A stretch of 64,000 nt of DNA, taken from the NCBI GenBank assembly GCA_040954595.2, contig CM082581.2, positions 2,286,699 to 2,350,698 of the forward strand, written 5' to 3'. The notes under the pieces are model-generated. The model was not told the origin of the DNA. It searched no databases and saw only the letters and a list, made by a program, of their open reading frames with translations. Positions 1 through 12,100 of the stretch are shown here, in pieces; positions within the stretch are counted from its first letter, which is position 1; every line of letters begins with the position of its first letter. The DNA is from Balanoglossus misakiensis. Taxonomy: Eukaryota; Animalia; Hemichordata. The position numbers and the translations under genes are program-made.

Positions 1-59
1 GCCCTAAAAATATTTCAATACTTTCAGAATTAACCTGCAGAAGTCAGGTTGGTATTTAC

Positions 60-161
60 CTTGTTTTGTATGTTAGCATCAGCTTTGTGTTCCAATAACA
101 ATCTGACAAAGCCTTCACCACCATCCCTCCTTGCTACATCATGCGAAGGAGTGTCTCCATC
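60..161 (-). CDS. Ankyrin exon DGDTPSHDVARRDGGEGFVRLLLEHKADANIQNK
   Basis: 102 nt, ttacag|...|gtaaat. Confidence 0.8.
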
Positions 162-3100
162 CTGTAAGTAATGAAGGAGGAGCATGAGAATAATGTCACA
201 AAAATTGAAATCTAATGTGAAATTTCCTTAAACAAACAAACAAACAAATAAATGAATAAATATATCCACAGTGATAGAATAAACCTGCTGAAGTCAGGTT
301 GGTATTTACCTTGTTTTGTATGTTAGCATCAGCTTTGTGTTCCAATAACAATCTGACAAGGCATTCACCACCAACCCTCCTTGCTGCATAATGCAAAGGA
401 GTGTCTCCATCCTGTAAGTAATGAAGGAGGAGCATGAGAATAATGTCACAAAAATTGAAATATTATGTGAAATTTCCATAAACAAACAAACAAACAAATA
501 AATGAATAAATATATCCGCATTGATAGAATAAACCTGCAGAAGTCAGGTTGGTATTTACCTTGTTTTGTATGGTCACATCAGGTTTGTGTTCCAATAACA
601 ATCTGACATGGCCTTCATCACCATCCCTTACTGCATAATGCAAAGGAGTGTCTCCATCCTGTAAGTAATGAAGGAGGAGCATGAGAATAATGTCACAAAA
701 ATTGAAATATAATGTGAAATTTCCTTAAACAAAAAAAAACAAAAAAATATTTCAATACTTTCAGAATTAACCTGCAGAAGTCAGGTTGGTATTTACCTTG
801 TTTTGTATGTTAGCATCAGCTTTGTGTTCCAATAACAATCTGACAAGGCCTTCACCACCATCCCTCCTTGCTGCATCATGCGAAGGAGTGTCTCCATCCT
901 GTAAGTAATGAAGGAGGAGCATGAGAATAATGTCACAAAAATTGAAATCTAATGTGAAATTTCCTTAAACAAACAAACAAACAAATAAATGAATAAATAT
1001 ATCCGCAGTGATAGAATAAGCCTGCTGAAGTCAGGTTGGTATTTACCTTGTTTTGTATGGTCACATCAGCTTTGTGTTCCAATAACAATCTGACATGGCC
1101 TTCATCACCATCCCTTACTGCATAATGCAAAGGAGTGTCTCCATCCTGTAAGTAATGAAGGAGGAGCATGAGAATAATGTCACAAAATTGAAATGTAATG
1201 TGAAATTTCCTTAACCAAACAAACAAACAAACAAACAAATAGACAAACACACAATAAAATGAATAAATATATCCGCATTGATAGAATTAACCTGCAGAAG
1301 TCAAGTTGGTATTTACCTTGTTTTGTATGGTCACATCAGCTTTGTGTTCCAATAACAATCTGACATGGCCTTCATCACCATCCCTTACTGCATAATGCAA
1401 AGGAGTGTCTCCATCCTGTAAGTAATGAAGGAGGAGCATGAGAATAATGTCACAAAAATTGAAATATAATGTGAAATTTCCTTAAACAAAAAAAAACAAA
1501 AAAATATTTCAATACTTTCAGAATTAACCTATAGAAGTCAGGTTGGTATTTACCTTGTTTTGTATGTTAGCATCAGCTTTGTGTTCCAATAACAATCTGA
1601 CACGGCCTTCATCACGAAACCTTGCTGCATAATGCAAAAGGGTGTCTCCATCCTGTAAGTAATGAAGGAGGAGCATGAGAATAATGTCACAAAAATTGAA
1701 ATCTAATGTGAAATTTCCTTAAACAAACAAACAAACAAATAAATGAATAAATATATCCGCATTGATAGAATTAACCTGCAGAAGTCAAGTTGGCATTTAC
1801 CTCGTTTTGTATGGTCACATCAGCTTTGTGTTCCAATAACAATCTGACAAGGCCTTCACCACCATCCCTCCTTGCTGCATCATGCAAAGGAGTGTCTCCA
1901 TCCTGTAAGTAATGAAGGAGGAGCATGAGAATAATGTTACAAAAATTGAAATCTAATGTGAAATTTCCTTAAACAAACAAACAAACAAACAAATAAATGA
2001 ATAAATATATCCGCATCAATAGAATAAACCTGCAGAAGTCAGGTTGGTATTTACCTTGTTTCGTATGTTAGCATCAGCTTTGTGTTCCAATAACAATCTG
2101 ACAAGGGCTTCACCATCATCCCTCCTTGCTGCATCATGCAAATGGGTGTCTCCATCCTGTAAGTAATGAAGGAGGAGCATGAGAATAATGTCACAAAAAT
2201 TGAAATCTAATGTGAAATTTTCTTAAACAAACAAACAAACAAATAAATGAATAAATATATCCGCATTGATAGAATAAACCTGCAGAAGTCAGGTTGGTAT
2301 TTACCTTGTTTTGTATGGTCACATCAGCTTTGTGTTCCAATAACAATCTGACAAGGCCTTCACCACCATCCCTCCTTGCTGCATAATGCAAAGGGGTGTC
2401 TCCTGTCTGTAAGTAATGAAGGAGGAGCATGAGAATAATGTCACAAAATTGAAATGTAATGTGAAATTTCCTTAACCAAACAAACAAACAAACAAACAAA
2501 TAGACAAACACACAATAAAATGAATAAATATATCCGCATTGATAGAATTAACCTGCAGAAGTCAAGTTGGTATTTACCTCGTTTTGTATGGTCACATCAG
2601 CTTTGTGTTCCAATAACAATCTGACAAGGCCTTCACCACCATCCCTCCTTGCTGCATAATGCAAAGGGGTGTCTCCTGTCTGTAAGTAATGAAGGAGGAG
2701 CATGAGAATAATGGCGCCATATTGGAGTGGACGTGTCAGCATCGTCTCCTGCCTGCTCGTATAACTTTTTCAAAATATCCCGTTAAAACTTCAAGATTCA
2801 CAGTAACTCCAAGTCTAAGCGAAGGGTAATATCAAACTACAAAGATCGGTATCAGTTTGCAACTTTGGAGAGGACGCATCGGCGGGTTTTCACAACCAAA
2901 TTCCTGGAAGTGTGTCGAAAGTCATAGCGGTGACGTGTCGCAACGGACAAGGTATTCACGTTGGCCACCTGTTCTTGACTATCTGTGCAGAACTACAGCA
3001 ACAGTTTTCATTATTGAACTGACGTTGTTGGTTGGTTCTCTGCTATCTAAAATTGAAATGGACAACCTAGCCAGCTTTTCAACCAATGAAGATATCAACA

Positions 3101-6100
3101 GTTTTATGGAATACGAACATGTCATGGTTTTTGAACAGCGTATGGTTACCAATGCCGTTGCAACAGCAGGTCTGCAACGCAACACAGTATTCGTACCCCT
3201 TCTTTTGACTTTGAGTGGAGACATTGAATTAAACCCAGGACCTCCAAAAGCGGTTAAGCAGGTAAAATTGACAGAATGTACTGGTACTCAAAGAGAACTC
3301 AGGTCAAATTCGACTCCAACAGTGAGCGAACCGGAGGCCCCAAAAGAAACCAGTCTAGCCGATGTCATACGCGAAATTCGAGAACTCAAAGTCGACCTGA
3401 AAACACAGATTGATACTTCGGTTCACGATGTTCATGATAGAGTTGACGAGTTGAAGGATGAAGTGAATCGTTTGCGGAGCGAACTGAGAGAAAATTACCA
3501 GGAAACTGCTCGATTAGCGGAAGAGAACAAGTATTTAAAAGACAATATAAGCACGGTGTTAAGGGAACTCGACGATGTCAAAGGTAGGATGAAACGGGAT
3601 AATCTGTTATTCCACAATATCGAACAGTCGCCTAATGAAACTTGGGACGATACCGAAAACAAAGTGAAGACATTTTTGTCGGAGAAACTAGACCTAGATG
3701 GTAGAAGCTTTGAATTCGACGGGGTTCATCGGCTATCTAATGCGAAAGGGCATCCCCAGCCTATTGTTGCCAAATTCACACGCTTTAAACAACGGGAACA
3801 AGTCTTACAGAAAGCACGAGGGAGTCTCAAGAACACAAACTTTCGGGTTTCCGAAGACTTTACTCCAAGGGTACGGGAGACTAGGAGGAAGCTTGGACAG
3901 TTTCTACAGAAAGCAAGAGAAGAAGGTAAACGCGCATTTTTGAATTATGACAAGCTAAAGATCGATGGAACTCTATATATTTTCGACGATTCGCTGAATG
4001 ACATTCGCCCTTTCAACAGAAATCGTCGCGATCGCTAGGGGTCAGGCCGAAGCCGCAATACACGGTATGATGCAGACACGAGTAACACCAGCTTATATTC
4101 TGAACATGGCAAAGATACTGACACTCAGTTTATTTGCTGGAACATTAATGGTTTAAAATCTAAATTTCTTGACGCGGATTTCATGTCTTTTTTGACAAAA
4201 TCGGATTTTGGTGTAATTTGCCTGACGGAAACGTGGGCTTGTACTTCAGATCAGTTTTCTATTCCCAATTACACTTCTATCAACCTTGCTAGAAAAAAGA
4301 TTATGCATTTAGGAAGATTTTCAGGGGGTATTTCAGTTTTTGTCAAGAACTCAATATGCAAAAGCTTCCAACAGCTGCCAAGTTTGTCCGAGGATTTTCT
4401 ATGGGTAAAGCTGTTTCTCAAAGATAACTTTCAAATTAATTCATTGTTAATGTGTGTTGTCTACTTCTCACCAGAAGGGTCATCTCAATATGCAAATCCA
4501 GAAATGTTCCAATTGTTAGAAAATGAATTAGCAAAATATTCAACCATTCACGAAGGCTCGCCTGTAATTTTATGCGGCGATTTTAATGCCCGCACAGGCT
4601 GTGTCTCTGATACTATCGAATGGGATTCCAGGTGTTTGCCAGTGGATGACAGTGACGTAGATCCACCTTTGCCAATACGAGAGTCAAAAGATTCATCAGT
4701 TAATGATTATGGTAAACGGTTACTGGATTTTTGTCACAGCACAAATTTTAAAATTGTTAATGGGAGATTTTTTAAGAATCATGGAAGTGGTAAGTATACA
4801 TTTCTTTCCAAAAGCGGGGGCAGTGTGATAGATTACCTTTTGTTATCTTGTCATGATCTTCACCTGTTAACAGATATGTATATTGATTCTAGGGTTGAAT
4901 CAGACCACCAACCACTGATATTTAAATTAGACCTGTCTCACCAAGAGAGAACAAGTCTTACGTCTGATTATAACAATGTTAATAACTCTTCTATATTTAC
5001 TTGTAAATGGGATAATAAGTTACTCAATGTAGTTAACAACTTTTGGAACAGCGCATCTTCAAACTCACATGTGTCTGAAATCAATGGGCTTCTCTCTTTA
5101 GGGGAAATAGACAATGCTGCGCTTTGTCTGAGGGATACAATTTGGAACTCACTTTCATGTATGAAAACAGGTGGCATGGGTAGACGAGTGAAAAAGACGA
5201 ATAATTGGTGGGATGATGAATGCCGTGAATTTAAAGCCAAAGTTAAGAATGTCCTTAGAAACCATAAATATAGTCCCACCCCTATTTCATTCGGTGTCTA
5301 TAAATCCATCCAGCGAGATTATCACAACCTGCTGAAAGAAAAGAAAAGGAACTATGATATATTGAAACAACGTAATTTTGCCGAAGCCGCCAAGGACCCG
5401 AATTCTAAGCGTTTTTGGTCCATGTTGAGACCTTATACCCCGGGTCCCCCTGATTCAATTACTGCTAAGGAATGGGTTGATTACTTTTCTGTTTTATTTA
5501 ATACTCCTGGCAATTTACACGACGATTTCCAAGATTTTTATGTGGAAGTCGACGAGTTTGTAAACAATTCGTTTTCATTTCATGATCCTGTATATACGGA
5601 TGTAGGCACAGACGTTGATACCAGTGTTCTGGATAGTGAAATATCACTTGAAGAAATAGATTGTGCAATTAATAACCTGAAATTGGGTAAAGCTGCAGGC
5701 GTTGATGGCATACCTGCGGATTTCTTTAAGTATTCATGCCAAGAATTTAGATTAATTTTGTATAACTTTTTCAATAGTGTTCTCAACTCAGGTATTTTCC
5801 CAGAAGAGTGGGTTAAAGGTATGATTATCCCTCTTTTTAAGAAAGGGGTACATGACTCTGTGTGTAACTATAGGGGAATAACTCTTCTTCCTATTATTGG
5901 TAAGATTTTTTGCAATGTGATGTTCAAGCGTTTAAATGACTTTGTTGAACTTAATTCGCCAATCACTGAAGCTCAGGCTGGTTTTAGGAAGAACCGCAGC
6001 ACAATTGACAACATTTTTATTTTGGATACTACAATATGGAAATACTTATCCAAACACAAATCACGTTTTTATGGTGCATTCATTGATTTCGAGAAAGCTT

Positions 6101-9100
6101 TCGATAGAATTGATCACAACGCCTTGTTTTATAAATTACTGAAACGTGAAATGAAGAGTAAAATGCTTATAGTGTTAAAATCTATGTACAAATCGGTGAA
6201 ATCATGTGTACGAACACCACATGGGATTACAAACTTTTTCCAGTGTACTTATGGTGTGCAACAAGGATCTGTTTTGTCCCCATTATTATTTAATCTTTTC
6301 ATCGATGATCTTGGCGAAACCCTCAAAATTGGCATGTTTAATGGTGTTTATGTAGGAATTTTGAAGCTCTTGTATCTTTGCTTTGCTGACGATTTAACAA
6401 TTGTAAGTAATTCAGTAATTGGACTACAAAGACAGCTTAACAAATTGTGTATCTATTGTAACAGATGGAAACTAAAAGTTAATGGGTCCAAGACAAAAAT
6501 TGTTGTCTTCAGGAGTGGGGGAAGGTTGAAAAATTACGAGAGATGGACATTGAATGGGGTCCAGGTTCAGACAGTACCGTATTTTAACTACCTCGGTCTG
6601 ACCTTGTCTTGTTCAGGAATCTGGACAAAGGCTCAAGAAATCTATGCCAAACAAGGGAAAAAAGCTATGTACAATATTAAAAGATATCTGAGTCAGTTTA
6701 AAAACATAGACATAGAGCTAGCTCTACGAATTTTCGACTGCAAAATTCTTCCAATACTTATGTACGGTAGTGAAGTATGGGGTTTTCATGAGGGTAAGGA
6801 TGTTGAAAAAATTCAAATAGATTTCTGTAAATATATACTCATGGTTAGTTCAAGGTCAACCAATTTAGCTGTCTTGGGTGAACTGGGCAGACAATCTTTG
6901 AAAACGCTTCGTCTACCACGCATTATTAAATACTGGGTAAAATTAATTCATAGCGAAAATTATAGATATACTAAGCAATGTTATGACTACCAACGTGAAA
7001 TGGCAGACAAAGGTTATAATTGTTGGGCCAAAAAGGTCAAAGACCTTTTATTTTCTTTTGGTTTTGGTATTGCCTGGGAGTCACAGGCTGTGGGAAACGA
7101 GTGTCTTTTTCTTTCAAATTTTAAACAAAGATGCCTGGATATTGGTCAGCAGGTATGGCACAGTGAATTGGTCAATTCCACTAAGATGGATTCTTATCGT
7201 CTATTTAAAAATAATTTGTCTTTTGAAAAATATTTGAATTGTGTAAATATTGAGCTATTTAGAGTCACCCTTTGTAAATTTAGAATTTCAAACCACAAAC
7301 TTTTAATAGAGAGTGGCCGCTTTGAAGGGTTAACAAGAGATAACAGAATTTGTCAGTTTTGTACTTTACAGCAAGTTGAAACGGAATTTCACATTTGTCT
7401 TATTTGCCCCATCTACAAGGAATTAAGAACACGTTTTCTCTCACCATTCCACTATCAGCAACCCTCATTGAAGAAATACTCTAGCCTGTTAAACTCTCAA
7501 AACCCCCACACCTTAGTTAATCTGGCAAAGTTTATTTATTATAGTTTTAAGTTAAGAGATAATTTATTGCAGGACACTTGATCGCATACACGTCTATTTC
7601 TGTTTTGATGGCATTGTATCTATTATGTCAATGTAAGCCCCACTGCATGTCTGTATATTTATCAGTTTAATTATTGTATGAAGGCCGGTGGCCTAAGATA
7701 CTGAAATAAATATATATATATAATGTCACAAAATTGAAATGTAATGTGAAATTTCCTTAAACAAACAAACAAACTAACAAACAAACAAACAAATAGACAA
7801 AGACACAAACAAATGAATGAATATATCCGCATTGATAGAATTAACCTGCAGACGTCATGTTGGTATTTACCTTGTTTGGTATGGTCACATCAGCTTTGTG
7901 TTCCAATAACAATCTGACAAGGCCTTCACCACGACACCCTCTTACTGCATAATGCAAAGGGGTGTCTCCATTCTGAAAGTAATGAAGGAGGAGCATGATG
8001 AGAATGTCAAGAAAAATGAAATGTAACATGAGGTTATTTTGTTAAAATGAACGATCGAACAAACACACAAACGACAAATAATCGCAAACTCCCTTGTGGA
8101 TAATATTAACCAACAGTAAATGGCATTTGAACAGAAACAGTATCGACTCTACACACAAGATGTGTAATTCAGTTTTATACATGCATTTTAACGAGCTAAA
8201 AGAATTCTGACAAAATATCTGCCAGTTGATACAGAAAGAAAAGTTACTATAAATAATTCACAAACAAACTCAAATTTGACAACTTGCAAAACAGATAACA
8301 TTATGGATAACCAATACACCAATTTTAAACTGAACTTTATTTATGATTTTCTATCAAAAAACTGACAGTGATGTGATGTTAGTGAACATTTCCTGAATGG
8401 GACCAATTTATTTTTGCAACCTGCACAATATAGAAGAAGATTTAGCAAACAACTACAGTGACATTTAGTAGAATTGTCAGAAGAATTTTGAATAATCACA
8501 TCTCATCTCCAATATGATGACAAATTTGAGATATCTGGAGATTTATGTGGAAACAGATCAAACATCTGAGCTAACCAAACTATGTTTATTTCCTGTAGGA
8601 GGGCATCAGACTGTTCTCAGCACAAAGTAGCCAAGCTGTGCAGACTGAACGATGTCGATCAAAGGGGAAATAACAGAGAAACTGTATGTGACAAGGGATA
8701 AATCAATCATCATTAAAATAAATTTCTACTGAGTGGTCCAACAATATCAAGTAGAGTTGTGCAATGGTGTCACTCGTTATTTGTAGAAATAGTGTTTAAA
8801 TAAAAAAAAACTTGAATTTCAACAAAAAAAAACCATCTGAAGAAAGTTAACACTGATTCCCTTTCTCCATCGCACTGCATCAAAAAGTCTAATAACCAAA
8901 GAAAGACTTCAGTGGACACTGTGGCCAATGGGAATGTGTGGCAAATAAAATTAAATGCAATGAATGCAGTCATTCTTTTCATGTAATATAAAGAACAAAC
9001 AAAATTATCAAAACTCTTCATAAGAGATAACATTGGAAGCCACAGTAGCACTAACTTTCAAGGACATTTGTGTAACCATTCCAGCCGTGCCCCACACTAA

Positions 9101-12100
9101 AACAGAACAGATTGGACCAGTCACACTTCCCTTAATCCTATTGTTCCCAATGTTTATCTCATCAATATATCTATTGCATGCTTTTAGCACCTTCTCTCAG
9201 GTTCTGGAACCTGGTTGGTTAAAACTTGCTGTTCTGGCCATCTTGATCACCCCCTTTGAAATGATTGGGTAAGTGACAGACAGTGATGAGAAGCTGAGGA
9301 GTGGAGCCGCACAGACCTCATGTTTTATAAGCTTGAGCTATTTCCAAGAGAAAGAGCAATCCAAATGCTGCCGCTGTGTTGCTCAGAATGATGAAAAAAA
9401 TCATCCGACTGAACAATTTAATGTTAAAATGTATTATATTTTATAAAGTTTATAAAAGGTAAATTGGGTTGGCACTGTGCTATTCGGCCTGAAGTACAAG
9501 CTAAAACTGGCCGACTCCTCTCGGCACCGTCAACAAGCACCCCTGCCCCCAGCAAGTCCCCAACTTGACATGTGTGATGTGACCATGGCTGCGCATCCGT
9601 CCTTCGGTCCTAAAAGTTGCCAAACAAACCCCCTTTTAAAACGGCCCCAATCAGAGCCGCAATGAAAACAAGTTCTTCTGGTAAAGTCTTACTCAAAATG
9701 TTGCTATGACTATAATTCTGACACAAAACTGAGCATGAGTGTGGACTGATTGCATAAACATATTTTGAAAGTACTTCCTGTAAAAAAGGGAGGAGGCTCC
9801 ACAAACCAGACTATTTTTGTTTATGTACATGATGTACTTGTGCGAGGGTTGTCAACTTGATAGCCATTCTCAAGATTTACAATCATTATAAGAGTGTACG
9901 TATACAAGAAAAGTAAATTCCTGAATATTAAAGGGACAAAGTCTCTCTCTCTCTTGCTTCCCTTTTTCCATTAATTATGTTTGATACAAGACAGTTTATG
10001 TTATTCTACATGTGTATGTAGTGAATTAACGTTCGACCACACACAAATATGCAAAGGAGAATTTATTAATAAGCCATACCCACCAAAATCTTATCAGATC
10101 TAGAACTTATCATAACAATGCTACATACAAAATTTCATATCATTGGATTCAATTTCTCTCAAGATATGAGTGGAACAAAATCTGTCTACAGAAGGACAGA
10201 CAGAAATCGCTGTGCCAATAATGAGATTATTATTTAAACCACAAAAGATTGACGATAAACAATGCAATAAACAACAACATCCTTATGTTCAACAAGACAG
10301 TTTTTGGCAGATGCTGGAGACAATCCCCCTTTCTCATAACTCCAAATTGCTCACAGTGGAGATCAAATGTCTCAGATATAGGAGAGACAATCACATCACC
10401 ATAATGAATCAATACTTGCCTGTGTCTGGACAACACCTGGCTGAGAGGAAGTAGTTTTGATTCAAAGGACAGTGACAAATTATATGGCACCTCCTTATGA
10501 TGAATTGTATTAGGTACCAGACAGGAGTTGGCAGATGCTGGAGGCCGACAGACAATCACCCTATCTGATACGTTCTGTGATAGGATTGGCATGGACTGTC
10601 ATCAGTCTATCTGTACAACACCTGACCAATGGAGGGAGTAGTTTTGATTCAAAGGGCAATGGACAAATATATACATTGTATCCCAGACACAATTTACTAA
10701 GAAAACTACAGAGGAAATGGCACTATTGAGAAAGCTCATACTTTTAGAATTTACCTGCAGAAGTCAGGTTGGTATTTACCTTGTTTTGTATGGTTACATC
10801 AGCTTTGTGTTCCAATAACAATCTGACACGGCCTTCACCAACATCCCTCCTTGCTGCAGAGTGCAAAGGGGTGTCTCCGCACTGTAAGTAATGAAGGAGG
10901 AGCATGAGAACAATGTCACAAAAATTAAACGTAATGTGTAATTTTCCTTAAACAAAAAACATACAAACAAACAAACAAACAAACAAAAAATGAATGAATA
11001 AATCATTCCATACTGATAGATTAACCTGCAGAAGTCAAGTTGGTATTTACCTGGGTTTGTATGGTAACATCAGCTTTGTGTTCCAATAACAATCTGACAC
11101 AGCCTTCACCACCAAACCCTGCTGCATCATTCAAAGGGGTGACTCCATCCTGTAAGTAATGAAGGAGAAGCATGGGAACAATGTCACAAAAATTGAAATG
11201 TAATATGAGGTTTCTTTAAACAAACAAACAAACCTACAAATAAATAAACAAATATCAAAAGTATCAGCCATATTGCAAAAAACAAGCAAGAATGGCATAC
11301 TGACTGATTTGAAAGGATAATGCACAGTCCTTCTACACACAAAATGAAAATTGCCGACTGTTAAAATGAATACAGATCAAAGAATGACGGTGAAGAATCT
11401 CAATTGATTCTAACAGCGAGGAAAACGCTTTCACTGGTCATATAGTTTTTAACATTGGATGTTTTAGACTCCATAGCTTAACTAAGGATGGAGGGGATCT
11501 GGAAGATTTAAAAAAAGATTGCCAGCAAAATTTCAGAGATGGCTTGAAAAAAAATAAAAATTTGTTAACTTTGGTGAAACACAAAAAAATGCATCAAAAT
11601 TTACTTTCTGGAACATATTTATTCATTCGGAACAAATGTGTCAAATACACTATGGTTCAACATCTTTGGCTAAATTGTAAAGATTGTTAAATTTAGAGTG
11701 CAATGTGTCCCACTGTCCTTCCTATGGCTGGATCCCAAGGGTATCATGGTTAGTAAAACTAAATCAGTATGGGTAATACTTTTAGGCCTTTCCCTCTTCT
11801 TGTTCAGGGTTAGCTTGTTTCTTCCCATTGAATTTGGATCATGCAAAGTAATTTTGGATGAAAATAAGAGTGTTGTAATTAGGTCTTTTTCAAAGGCATT
11901 TTTTATTATCCAATTGTGTGGCCACATTATCCATAATAAAGTGATAAGTCAGTTCTCGTACCTCATCCTTCGCATTGACATCTGCACCATGGCTAATCAA
12001 CATCCTGACAGCATCCAATTTACCTTTGAAGGACGCTGCATGCAATGCTGTGGAATCATTCTGGAATAAAGACGTTTAATGTTGGAATAAAAATGACATC

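Larger units (their letters stand above)
1..2713 (-). repeat. Tandem array of ~237-273 bp exon+intron units (11 ankyrin exons)
   Basis: Near-identical units. Three intron variants recur and differ in (AAAC)n length and short blocks. Confidence 0.95.
2714..7719 (+). mobile_element. Full-length non-LTR retrotransposon (RTEX-like, APE-RT) in an ankyrin-gene intron, antisense to the host gene
   Basis: Interrupts the repeat unit gagaATAATG|tcacaaaa with TSD ATAATG (2708-2713 and 7720-7725). Has two long ORFs, a 3' stem-loop AGGCC-ggt-GGCCT, AATAAA and a (TA)n tail. A YY1-like CGCCATATT lies at the 5' end. Confidence 0.95.

Noticed and set aside
1-2713. CRISPR-like or non-coding satellite reading of the ~250-bp array
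   Set aside because: There are no unique spacers and no cas genes. The units are spliceosomal exon+intron duplications in a eukaryotic context.
196-2742. ORF-track proteins such as MLLLHYLQDGDTPLH...VNTNLTSAGLFY as stand-alone small genes
   Set aside because: The flanking residues are translated intron (acceptor tract and donor). Only the 33-34-aa cores are exonic.
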